From positions 24,244 through 88,243 of the forward strand of contig CBETWA010000002.1 of assembly GCA_965539975.1 (NCBI GenBank): DNA of 64,000 nt, written 5' to 3'. The first letter of the stretch is position 1, and each line of letters begins with the position of its first letter. Shown here piece by piece: positions 10,340 to 18,845 of this stretch. Below the pieces are notes generated by a model. The model did no database searches. It saw only the letters and a list, made by a program, of their open reading frames with translations, and was not told the DNA's origin. Both the position numbers and the translations under genes were made by a program. This stretch comes from an uncultured bacterium. GTDB lineage: Bacteria > Bacillota > Desulfotomaculia > Desulfotomaculales > Desulfallaceae.

Positions 10340-10564
10340 ATGAACATTTTACACGAACCGATAAATAACAAACAATACGTGAACACACCGGAAACTATCA
10401 GAGCAAAAAGTAAGCCTGAGGTTGTTACGGTTTTTAGTACACTAACATTTAAAGAAAAATGCCTGTATCTCGTTAAAATCAGCAAGAGAAATACCGTTAT
10501 TCATGCACTTTGGCTCATGGGATTAATTCTAATGATTATTACAGCGGATTATCTGTTACCATGA
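10340..10564 (+). CDS. Small hypothetical protein with one C-terminal TM helix (positional analogue of PgsE/CapE? not PgsA)
   Basis: AGGAGG precedes the ATG. The 74-aa product has the hydrophobic segment ALWLMGLILMIITADYLL. I recognise no homology. Confidence 0.3.
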   Translation: MNILHEPINNKQYVNTPETIRAKSKPEVVTVFSTLTFKEKCLYLVKISKRNTVIHALWLMGLILMIITADYLLP

Positions 10565-10660
10565 TTCTTTAAAAAAATGGGTAAAGGGGGTGGCTACCAT
10601 ATCTCATCTTCTAGCGGGTGAACTTTTACCATGTATATGCAAGAAAGGAGCGGGATAAGT

Positions 10661-11509
10661 ATGAAAAAACAATTTCTCAAAATTGCGGCTTTAGTTACGT
10701 TGTTAACATTTGGTATTGGTTTTAGCGCATATGCCTTCACATCAGGTTATAGTAGTTTTGCTGAACTAGCTGCAGCTGAAGATCCTTCAAACTATAACAT
10801 TAAAACCAATGTTGTCGGAAGCAATACAACAATTTTGGCTATACACGGAGGCGGTATTGAAAGGGGCACTTCAGAAGTAGTTGAGGCACTGGGCAGGACC
10901 GGTAAATATAACACTTATTTATTTGAAGGACTTAAAGCAACCGATAATGGGAGCCTATTTATAAAGGCTATTAATTTTGACGAACCAAAAGCCGTTAGCT
11001 TAGTTAATCAATCAGATTACACTGTTTCTGTTATCGGAGCCGCCGGCGACGACGAAGTTACTTATGTTGGCGGTCAGAATAAGTTACTGGCAGAATTGGT
11101 GAGGTTACACCTTACCACTGAGGGATATAATGTAAAAACTTTAAGTATTCCTGATCGCATTGCCGGGGTTATGGACAGCAATATAGTGAATAAGAATAAA
11201 TTGTTTAAAGGCAGTTATAAGCTCGGCGGCGTTCAGATCGCTATTTCCAAAGGGCTAAGGGATAAGCTCGTGGCTGAACCCGACACGTTAAATAATTATT
11301 CGGGCGCCATTGATCAAGCCCTTAGTCAAAGCTGGCCAACAATAGTTAAACTCATGAATAAGGTCAATGCTGATAAAGGTCAAGGGTTTTTAAATAGATT
11401 TAACCCTGACAAGCCCAACTTCGATAAGAAAATTAAAAAAGTATTAGAGAAAGGCGCCAATAACCCCGATCAATTAATTGATAATGTTAAAAAAGTAACG
11501 GAAGAGTAA
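10661..11509 (+). CDS. PghP-family (poly-gamma-glutamate hydrolase, DUF867/YjqB-like) secreted protein with a C-terminal extension
   Basis: A signal-like N-terminus starts at MKKQFLKIAALVTLL. Family motifs AIHGGGIERGTSE, YLFEGLK and FDEP are present. The ATG at 10661 with GGAG upstream is preferred. Confidence 0.7.
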   Translation: MKKQFLKIAALVTLLTFGIGFSAYAFTSGYSSFAELAAAEDPSNYNIKTNVVGSNTTILAIHGGGIERGTSEVVEALGRTGKYNTYLFEGLKATDNGSLFIKAINFDEPKAVSLVNQSDYTVSVIGAAGDDEVTYVGGQNKLLAELVRLHLTTEGYNVKTLSIPDRIAGVMDSNIVNKNKLFKGSYKLGGVQIAISKGLRDKLVAEPDTLNNYSGAIDQALSQSWPTIVKLMNKVNADKGQGFLNRFNPDKPNFDKKIKKVLEKGANNPDQLIDNVKKVTEE

Positions 11510-11530
11510 TCTGAAAAAATATTTAAAAAT

Positions 11531-11576
11531 AGGCGGGACAAGCTGACAAGATAGCTTGGCCCGCCTATATCTTTAT
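11531..11576 (+). terminator. Rho-independent terminator after the first PghP-like gene
   Basis: A 13/14-bp stem (AGGCGGGACAAGCT / AGCTTGGCCCGCCT) with an 8-nt loop is followed by a T-rich tail. Confidence 0.7.
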
Positions 11577-11580
11577 TAAG

Positions 11581-12699
11581 TTGTACAACTAAGCTTCTCT
11601 CCTGACACTTTTTGAACGCTTAGTTTCCATCTGTTCCATATACTGGTTGATGGTTTCGATAGGTCTTCTACCCATATTTCGATATCCGCGGTGGGGACGT
11701 TCATTATTATAGTGGTATAGCCATTGATCAAAGTCGTTTTGTAAGGATTCAACGCTCTCAAAGAGTTTTTCACGGAAAACAACCCTAAAAAACTCTTCCA
11801 GGGCTGTCTTATTGAAACGCTCAACGAAACCATTGGTTTGAGGTCTACCAACTCTGGTTCTGCGATGTTCAATGTCGTTTAAAGCCAGGTATATCTCGTA
11901 TGGATGTGCTTGTGTTCCACAGTATTCACGACCATTATCCGTAAGTACTACCGATACGGTAATACCCCTGTCTTCATAAAAGGGTAGAACATCATTGTGA
12001 AGAACCGCTACAGCGCACTCCGGCAATTTGCCTGTATGAAGGAATCCAAAAGCATAGCTGCCATAGGTATCAACCACGGCTTGCATGTATACTCTGCCTA
12101 CACCTTTTAAGCTACCTACGTAAAAGGTGTCCTGAGCCAGTAATTCACCAGGTCGGCTGCTTTCAATATGGCGTTCACGAAAGCAGGGATTTGCTTTTTC
12201 AATAAGTGCGATTTGCTCAGCTGTAAGTTCGATAGGCTCTTTGGCGGCTTTCTCTTCAAGTTTTAAGAGCCGTTCGTACTTTGTGCCCATGTTATTTTTA
12301 ATCAAGATATTCTGTATGGTCGGAGAACTAACGTTTATTCCCTGCAGCTTTAGCATATCGCTAAGCTTTACACAACCCCAACCAGGGTGCTGAAGGCTTA
12401 AGGACAGTATCTTTTCCACCACCTCGGGTGGTGTGGTCTGGGGATGGCTTTTGTGAATAGGCGGGAGATCTTTTAAACCTTCAAGCCCGTGAGTTTGAAA
12501 ACGACGCTTGTACTCGTAAAACTGTGTCCTTGTCATACCGCGTTGTTTACATGCCTGGGAGACATTTCCCAAGGCTTCAGCCAGTTGCAACACGCTTAAA
12601 CGTTGACGGGCGACTTTTTCGGATGGATCCACTTTATCAACTCCTCCCATAACGTAATTTTACCAGTTAATTTGTTACGGGAGAAGCTTAGTAGTACAA
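11581..12699 (-). mobile_element. IS481-family insertion sequence (complete)
   Basis: The 19-bp terminal inverted repeats are TTGTACAACTAAGCTTCTC (11581-11599) and GAGAAGCTTAGTAGTACAA (12681-12699), with one mismatch. They enclose a single DDE transposase ORF. A possible TAAG duplication flanks the element. Confidence 0.85.
11589..12650 (-). CDS. IS481-family DDE transposase (HTH plus rve integrase core)
   Basis: The N-terminal HTH is LSVLQLAEALGNVSQACKQRGMTRTQFYEYKRRF. The core contains DTFYVG...TDNGREY...RPQTNGFVERFN. Confidence 0.9.
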   Translation of the reverse strand: MGGVDKVDPSEKVARQRLSVLQLAEALGNVSQACKQRGMTRTQFYEYKRRFQTHGLEGLKDLPPIHKSHPQTTPPEVVEKILSLSLQHPGWGCVKLSDMLKLQGINVSSPTIQNILIKNNMGTKYERLLKLEEKAAKEPIELTAEQIALIEKANPCFRERHIESSRPGELLAQDTFYVGSLKGVGRVYMQAVVDTYGSYAFGFLHTGKLPECAVAVLHNDVLPFYEDRGITVSVVLTDNGREYCGTQAHPYEIYLALNDIEHRRTRVGRPQTNGFVERFNKTALEEFFRVVFREKLFESVESLQNDFDQWLYHYNNERPHRGYRNMGRRPIETINQYMEQMETKRSKSVRREA

Positions 12700-12705
12700 A
12701 TAAGT

Positions 12706-13452
12706 TTATTTATTGTTGACTGCTTCACTTATTGCGAGAACATAGCTATTCAAGGTATCTTTATTAGTTGACAAAAACTTTTTCCTTAAACCCTTCGATA
12801 TTTCTATCTGTACTCCTTGTCCGTCTATATTTTTATTCACTATGTTATCCGGCGACATGCCGTCCAGATTCTTCGGAGCATCTTTCACAGTAAAACCATA
12901 CTTCGTGAGAGATTCTTTTATTCTGTTTGCCAATTCAGTATCCCGTCCTCCGATATATGTGAATTCCTTTTCGCCGTCACACCCGTGGATTGATAATGTA
13001 ATTTTAGATTCGGAAACCATTTGCAGTGCAGCTGCTTCGGCAAATTTGTCTGAGGGGACATGTAATGAAAAATTATCTGTGCTTTTTAAGCCCTGAAATG
13101 AATAATAGTTGTAATTATTATGGGAAGCTAAGGCATAAGCTAATTCGGTAGTGCCTTTTTCAATTTTACCTCCATGAATAGCCACAACTGCAACATTAGA
13201 ATCGGTTACATTAGCTTCAATTTCATAATCAACATCCACACTCGTTTGAAAATCCAACAATCTTTTTAAATCATTAATTTCATTTTTTTGTGCTTTTATT
13301 TTTTCATTAGCGATATCCAATTGTTTTTCTAGTGCCTTATTCTTATCTTCCAATTTTGCACTTTCGTATTTTACATAACCTAAATAACCTAACAATAAAA
13401 AAAATAATAAAGTAAATACATTAATTAATGTAACTTGCCTTCTTATATTCAT
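12706..13452 (-). CDS. PghP-family poly-gamma-glutamate hydrolase-like protein, membrane-anchored with a coiled coil
   Basis: An N-terminal TM segment and coiled coil are followed by AIHGGKIEKGTTE, YSFQGLK, SIHGCDGE and GVQIEISKGLR. The predicted metal triad H..E...H is intact. Confidence 0.7.
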   Translation of the reverse strand: MNIRRQVTLINVFTLLFFLLLGYLGYVKYESAKLEDKNKALEKQLDIANEKIKAQKNEINDLKRLLDFQTSVDVDYEIEANVTDSNVAVVAIHGGKIEKGTTELAYALASHNNYNYYSFQGLKSTDNFSLHVPSDKFAEAAALQMVSESKITLSIHGCDGEKEFTYIGGRDTELANRIKESLTKYGFTVKDAPKNLDGMSPDNIVNKNIDGQGVQIEISKGLRKKFLSTNKDTLNSYVLAISEAVNNK

Positions 13453-13532
13453 TTCTTTCCTCCACTAACAAGTGCTTATTAAACTTAAGAAGCCCTCGCT
13501 TGAGGGCCTTTTTGGTCATTTAATCCAACTGC

Positions 13533-13765
13533 TCATTGAGCATATCGTCTTGCTCCAACATATAGTGGACTCCAATGACTATCTGAGATATTAAGGTCAC
13601 GAATTGCTACACCTTCGGACTCTGTTATAATGATAAACTGCTCACTCCCAATATACAATATCGGTAGTAGCACCTTGCTGAATCCCTCAAAGAATAAAAC
13701 ATCTCCAATATTTAAATCTTCCCTTTTATTTCTATTCCTAAAGCCCGTTGTTGAGATAAATATCT
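13533..13765 (-). pseudogene. C-terminal remnant of an NlpC/P60-type (PgdS-like?) peptidase domain
   Basis: My hand translation gives ...NIGDVLFFEGFSKVLLPILYIGSEQFIIITESEGVAIRDLNISDSHWSPLYVGARRYAQ*. There is no ATG, no catalytic Cys region, and an upstream in-frame stop. Confidence 0.35.
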
Positions 13766-13806
13766 TGGTGAATCAATATCTAAACCTGCTTTCGTAACGT
13801 ATTCAG

Positions 13807-14751
13807 TCAACAATTCAGCATGGTGTCCCCGAAATTTTTGGTAAACCGGCCCACAATCTCCTCGTCAGTGATGAAAGTGCGAAAGGCTTTGGAAACCAGG
13901 CTTTCCTTGCCGGGACGGTTCCAGGCCAGGTAAAGCTCGTAACTGAATTTCACCCCCGGGACGGTTATCTCTCCTAGGGCGTCCTTTTCCAACAGCTCCG
14001 CCACCGCCCAGCGGGAAACCACCCCGAAGCCCAGGCCCAGACGGACGGCGTTGATTACTGCCTGGGTACTGCCCATTTCTAACACCCCCGCAAACTGGTC
14101 CAGAGAAATATTGTGTTTGAATAGTTCACGCTCCAGGGCCTGCCTGCTGCCGGAACCCGCTTCCCGTACGATGATGGACTCATTGGTCAGAGCCGCCAGG
14201 GGAACCTCCTCCCCCTTCAGCGGGTACCAGGGAGGGGTGACCACCACCATTTGGTCGGTTATCCATGGCTCGCACTCCACTCCTTCGGCTTTAACGGGAT
14301 ACCCCGTAACTCCAATTTCGATTTCACGTTCTTTCAGCCAGTGAGCCACCTGTGCACTGCCACCCACCTGCAGGCTTACGGTAACCCCGGGGAATTGTTC
14401 CCGAAAACCGCCGATGGCCATGGGCAGCAGGCATTCCCCCGCCACCGGCACAGCACCCAGCGCCAGGTGCCCCGCCTTTACCTCCCGCAGGGCATCTATA
14501 CCAGCCTTGATCTTATTATACATTCTTACCATTTGCAGAGCGTTGGGGTATAGCAACCTGCCCGCCTCGGTAAGAACCACCTTTTTATCTGTGCGCTCGA
14601 ACAAAGTTATGTCCAGTTCCTCTTCCAGTGACTTAATTTGAAAGCTGATGGCAGGCTGGCTCATATCAAGCTGTGCCGCCGCGCGAGTGAAATTTTTCAG
14701 CTGGGCAACCAGTAGAAAGGCTTCAAGCTGTTTTATATTCAAAGTAATCAC
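13807..14751 (-). CDS. LysR-family transcriptional regulator
   Basis: The N-terminal HTH is LEAFLLVAQLKNFTRAAAQLDMSQPAISFQIKSLEEEL, followed by a LysR substrate-binding fold. Confidence 0.85.
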   Translation of the reverse strand: MITLNIKQLEAFLLVAQLKNFTRAAAQLDMSQPAISFQIKSLEEELDITLFERTDKKVVLTEAGRLLYPNALQMVRMYNKIKAGIDALREVKAGHLALGAVPVAGECLLPMAIGGFREQFPGVTVSLQVGGSAQVAHWLKEREIEIGVTGYPVKAEGVECEPWITDQMVVVTPPWYPLKGEEVPLAALTNESIIVREAGSGSRQALERELFKHNISLDQFAGVLEMGSTQAVINAVRLGLGFGVVSRWAVAELLEKDALGEITVPGVKFSYELYLAWNRPGKESLVSKAFRTFITDEEIVGRFTKNFGDTMLNC

Positions 14752-14928
14752 CGCTATCCGTATTGTTTATTTATTAATTATGCAAGTCTACAGTTATTCC
14801 TTTAGTTTTTTATTTACTGTAAGCTTAAAAATGAGCATTATTTTGTTTTTAACCCGCACAAGAAAAACCGGCGAAAAGGTTGGTCTGGCACAACCTCTTT
14901 CGCCGCCGAGAGGAGAAATACTTACTAT

Positions 14929-14947
14929 CCGCCGCCTTTGGCGGCGG
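14929..14947 (-). terminator. GC-rich hairpin terminator downstream of the hydrogenase operon
   Basis: The hairpin CCGCCGCC-TTTG-GCGGCGG lies about 40 nt past the stop of the NrfD-like gene. Confidence 0.55.
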
Positions 14948-14983
14948 AAGTCATGGGTAGTTTAATATGGGAATTGTTCCGTG

Positions 14984-16156
14984 TTATGCCGACTGCTTGA
15001 CGTACTCTCTCTCACTTGCCACCAGTACGTCTTCTTTCTTATGTCCATGCATGATGTTAAAGTTTTCCACAACAAACAGGTATACCAGAACCCCGATGCA
15101 CACAAGCCCGATGCTGATTCCCCATTCAACCAAGGACGGGAAATATGAACCGCCCATGGACCGGGACATGCCGGTGAATACGACGTTCATGCGGTTGAGC
15201 ACAACCCCGCCCACCACCAGCAAACTGAAGGCGGTAAGCCCGGTTTTGGTGGATAGAAGCCCCGGGATGAAACAAATTACCAGAGGAATGATAACGCCCA
15301 GCACCATTTCCAGCAGGAACATGTTTCCTTCCAGGTTGCCCTGGAATACCAACCCGGCAGCCCCGCGGTAAAACAGGTCCCCGATCTTGAGCCCGAGATA
15401 AACCAGCAACATATATCCCGAAATCTTAGCCATTTTCTGCAGGATATCGTATTCAGGCCTGTGACCATGCGCCCTGCTACCCAGCAACGATTCGAGGGTA
15501 ACCATGGCCGGACCCACAAAAAATGAAGACAGCAGGAAAAATAGTGGTAACAGCATGGACCACCACAACGGGTACAACTTGCCCACCTCAATCACGTAAA
15601 GGGAACCCAGGGAAGACTGGTGCAGCGTGGGAAGCACTATACCAATAATGAGCAGTATGGGCATAATTTTCTTGAAAAACCCGTGCCATTTCTTTTTCAC
15701 CTTTTCCGTAGCCACTTCGCCGAACTCCAGGAGCTGAACCATGGTGTAAAGTGAAACACACCAGAACACTTCGAACAAAACACTGTGGTAACCCCAGGAT
15801 ACAAACGGCCTCCAGAAATTGAACCAGCGGCCGATGTCCATAAACAGGCCGGCCATGACCAGTAAGTAACCGATTAGTGATGTAAGCATAGCGCTTCTGG
15901 CTATTGGCGAGAATTTCTTTATATGCAGCACGTGCACCAGAAGTGCCGTTCCATATCCCCCACCGGCCAGCGCAACACCGACAAGAACATCGAAGCCGAT
16001 CCACAAACCCCAGGGCCACTGGTCGTTAAGATTTGTCGCGCTGCCCAGGCCGAAAATCAACCTGTAAATCATGAGCATCACAGTCAACCCGGCCATGCCC
16101 ATTAGCGCCACCCTAAACGGGGTAATTTTGAAACTCCACCTATTTGTAGCAGACAT
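14984..16156 (-). CDS. NrfD/HybB/PsrC-family integral membrane (quinone-interacting) subunit
   Basis: It is polytopic with about 10 TM segments and begins FKITPFRVALM..WPWGLWIGFDVLVGVALAGGGY, typical of the NrfD family. The ATG at 16156 after GGGAGG is preferred. Confidence 0.75.
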   Translation of the reverse strand: MSATNRWSFKITPFRVALMGMAGLTVMLMIYRLIFGLGSATNLNDQWPWGLWIGFDVLVGVALAGGGYGTALLVHVLHIKKFSPIARSAMLTSLIGYLLVMAGLFMDIGRWFNFWRPFVSWGYHSVLFEVFWCVSLYTMVQLLEFGEVATEKVKKKWHGFFKKIMPILLIIGIVLPTLHQSSLGSLYVIEVGKLYPLWWSMLLPLFFLLSSFFVGPAMVTLESLLGSRAHGHRPEYDILQKMAKISGYMLLVYLGLKIGDLFYRGAAGLVFQGNLEGNMFLLEMVLGVIIPLVICFIPGLLSTKTGLTAFSLLVVGGVVLNRMNVVFTGMSRSMGGSYFPSLVEWGISIGLVCIGVLVYLFVVENFNIMHGHKKEDVLVASEREYVKQSA

Positions 16157-16252
16157 CAGACATTTACCTCCCAACATGATATAACCACCGGTTTTGTACC
16201 GGCCATATATTCAAAACAATTGCCCGGCGGCCAGTCATATGTTTAACCGCTG

Positions 16253-17065
16253 TTAATTTTTCTTCTTCTTGCCGCTTTTCTTTATCTTTTCTTCTTTCAG
16301 AATCTTTTCTTCCCGGGCTATTTCATTGCGCCGCCGGTTATAAACGTACAACCCCGTCAACAGGGCACCCCAGCCGAGTCCAACTGCCGGTGTCAATCTC
16401 AGAATGCTCTCACTGTAGTGAGGCAGCGGCGTGGTGGTGATGCCGGTGCGGAATCCAAGCTGTTCAAAAGGAACATCGGAAATATACATCCAGGTTGTCC
16501 CTCCGGCTTCCTTTTCGCCGTATATGTGTTTTATGTAGTTGCCGCTGCTTATTCTATTGCGTGCTTCTTTAAGCAGTTCTTCACGTTCACCAAATTCCAG
16601 CGCACCCGCCGGGCAAACTCCCATGCAGGCCGGCATGTCGCCGCTTTTAATACGATCCGGGCACATCTGACACTTGCGTACCCGTGGGAATGCTTTGTCC
16701 CACTCGTACTTGGGAATATTGAACGGGCAGGCCAGCATGCAGTAGCGGCATCCCACACAAAGATCCACGTTGTAAACAACCGGCCCTTCAGGTGTTTTTA
16801 CTATCGCCCTGGAAAAACAGGCCGAAGCGCAGGCCGGTTCGAGGCAATGCAAGCACTGGTTTTTCGCAAACCGCCAGGCGCGTTCTTTCTCATTGCCGGC
16901 TTCCACCAAACTTACAACCGTCCAGTTTTCGGACGCCAGCACGGCATCTTTACCGGTGGACGGCTGGTTCTTTTCGTGTTTCAGGCCGTTCCACATTTTA
17001 CAGGCCACCACGCAGCTGCCGCACCCCACGCACTTGGTTATATCGACAAGCACACCTTTTGCCAC
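16253..17065 (-). CDS. 4x[4Fe-4S] ferredoxin-type electron-transfer subunit (HybA/NrfC/DmsB-like) with a C-terminal TM anchor
   Basis: Four Cys clusters are present: CVGCGSCVVAC, CLHCLEPACASAC, CVGCRYCMLACP, CQMCPDR..CMGVCP. The C-terminal hydrophobic helix is LTPAVGLGWGALLTGLYVY. Confidence 0.85.
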   Translation of the reverse strand: MAKGVLVDITKCVGCGSCVVACKMWNGLKHEKNQPSTGKDAVLASENWTVVSLVEAGNEKERAWRFAKNQCLHCLEPACASACFSRAIVKTPEGPVVYNVDLCVGCRYCMLACPFNIPKYEWDKAFPRVRKCQMCPDRIKSGDMPACMGVCPAGALEFGEREELLKEARNRISSGNYIKHIYGEKEAGGTTWMYISDVPFEQLGFRTGITTTPLPHYSESILRLTPAVGLGWGALLTGLYVYNRRRNEIAREEKILKEEKIKKSGKKKKN

Positions 17066-17081
17066 CGCCGGTCACCTCCCA

Positions 17082-18704
17082 TCAAACCACCCGTTGCAGC
17101 TTTTCTTCAGCTGCCAGCGGCTTGTATTTTTTGCTGCGATCGACGTAGCTGGTATGCAACAGCTCTTCAGCCAGCTCGCTCATCGGGTGTTGCAGGAAAT
17201 TCTTGTACAGGGCCAGCACTTCCGCATTTTCATGGCTTTCTCGTAAAACCATTTTGGAATCTACCTTGTACAGACTGTCAATCCTCATTTTCCGCACCTC
17301 ATCACTGGGCGGTACCGAGGATCTGGGTTGGCCTCCGCCGCTTATACAACCACCCGGGCAGGACATGAACTCAACAAAATGCCATGGTGCCTTGCCGCTG
17401 CGCACTGTTTCCAATACCTGCCTGCCATTGCTCATTCCGTGACAAACGGCAACGCGAAGTGTTCCCACTCCGGGGATATCCACCGCCGCTTCCTTTACTC
17501 CTTCCAGGCCACGGACCGGTGTCAGTGACAAAAGACCGGCCGGAGGCTCTTTTTGAGTAATAAAATAATACGCCGTCCGCACCGCCGCTTCCATAACCCC
17601 ACCGGTGGCACCGAAGATGAGTGCGCCGCCGGTACTCATGCCTAGCAGGGGGTCGTAATTCTCCTCAGGAAGAGAAATCAAATCGATACCCTGTTTTTTT
17701 AACAGCCGGGCCAGTTCCCTGGTGGTAAGCACGGCATCCACGTCCCGCAATGACGGCTTGTTCCAGTAATGAGCGCTTCCGTTCATTTCCGGCCGCCCCG
17801 CTTCAAACTTCTTTGCGGTACAGGGCATGATGGATACTACAAAAATTTTTTCCGGGTCTATGCCTTTGACCTTGGCGTAATATGTTTTCACCAGCGCCCC
17901 CAGCATCTGCTGCGGAGACTTGCAGGTGGAAAGGTTGGGGAACAAATCGGGATAAAAATACTCGCAGAACTTGACCCAACCCGGGCTGCACGAAGTGAAC
18001 TGGGGTAGAGGCTTGTCGATGTCTCCCTTGATCCTCTTAATCAGTTCGGTGGCCTCTTCCATGATTGTCAGGTCGGCGGTGAAATTGGTGTCAAATACGG
18101 CGTCGAAACCCAGGCGCTTTAAGGCGGCAACCTGTTGCCCCATTACCCAGGTTCCCGGCGGCAGCCCGAACTCCTCGCCCAGGGATACCCTTGTGGCCGG
18201 AGCAGTCTGCACGACCACTATCTTGTTCGGGTCATGCAGGGCGTCTAAAACCACGCCGGTATCGTCCCTCTCGGTTATCGCCGCGGTGGGGCACCACAAA
18301 GCGCATTGCCCGCAATTGATGCATACGATTTCATCCATAAGGGGAAAACCATAATATCCATATACCGTTTGGGTGTTTTTGCACACTTCCAGGCACTGGC
18401 CGCAGAGCACGCACTTTTCATCATCCCTTACAATGGACGGGTTGTTATCGTCAATGGGTACCCTGCCGCGCACCTGGGCCGGCCAGGTTCCGGTTCCCTG
18501 GTACTGGTGGGGCAACCACCCCTCACCACCGGCGCTGCCGGTTACACCGGCCGCCCCGCACCCGGCCAGGCTGGCAGTAATGCCCACCAGCCCGAGGCCG
18601 CCCATCATCTTCATAAAGGCTCGCCTGGTTACTTTTTTTTCCAATATAAACTGGTCTTTTATATGGTCGTCATCATGTCCGCCACAATGCAAGCGGTCTG
18701 TCAT
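17082..18704 (-). CDS. hydA: Tat-exported (periplasm-facing) [FeFe]-hydrogenase catalytic subunit
   Basis: The twin-arginine signal is TRRAFMKMMGGLGLVGITASLAGCGA. There are two ferredoxin-like CxxCxxCxxxC motifs and H-cluster motifs FTSCSPGW, MPCTAKKFE and EFMSCPGGCISGGGQP. Confidence 0.9.
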   Translation of the reverse strand: MTDRLHCGGHDDDHIKDQFILEKKVTRRAFMKMMGGLGLVGITASLAGCGAAGVTGSAGGEGWLPHQYQGTGTWPAQVRGRVPIDDNNPSIVRDDEKCVLCGQCLEVCKNTQTVYGYYGFPLMDEIVCINCGQCALWCPTAAITERDDTGVVLDALHDPNKIVVVQTAPATRVSLGEEFGLPPGTWVMGQQVAALKRLGFDAVFDTNFTADLTIMEEATELIKRIKGDIDKPLPQFTSCSPGWVKFCEYFYPDLFPNLSTCKSPQQMLGALVKTYYAKVKGIDPEKIFVVSIMPCTAKKFEAGRPEMNGSAHYWNKPSLRDVDAVLTTRELARLLKKQGIDLISLPEENYDPLLGMSTGGALIFGATGGVMEAAVRTAYYFITQKEPPAGLLSLTPVRGLEGVKEAAVDIPGVGTLRVAVCHGMSNGRQVLETVRSGKAPWHFVEFMSCPGGCISGGGQPRSSVPPSDEVRKMRIDSLYKVDSKMVLRESHENAEVLALYKNFLQHPMSELAEELLHTSYVDRSKKYKPLAAEEKLQRVV

Positions 18705-18845
18705 ATCGGTTCCTCCTTAGCGCTTCCAACATACTCCACGCAACGGTTTAATAATAAAAACACAGCCTGGCTGAACAGCCGGTAAATCACCGGTCCAGCC
18801 CAAATGGTAAGCTAAATCATAAAATATTGCCGGTTGGTGTATTAA

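Noticed and set aside
10340-10564. The 74-aa ORF after pgsC as the missing PgsA/CapA.
   Set aside because: PgsA is about 380 aa with a metallophosphatase-like fold. This ORF is far too short and shows no similarity. At best it is a PgsE-like accessory peptide, so it is kept as a low-confidence hypothetical.
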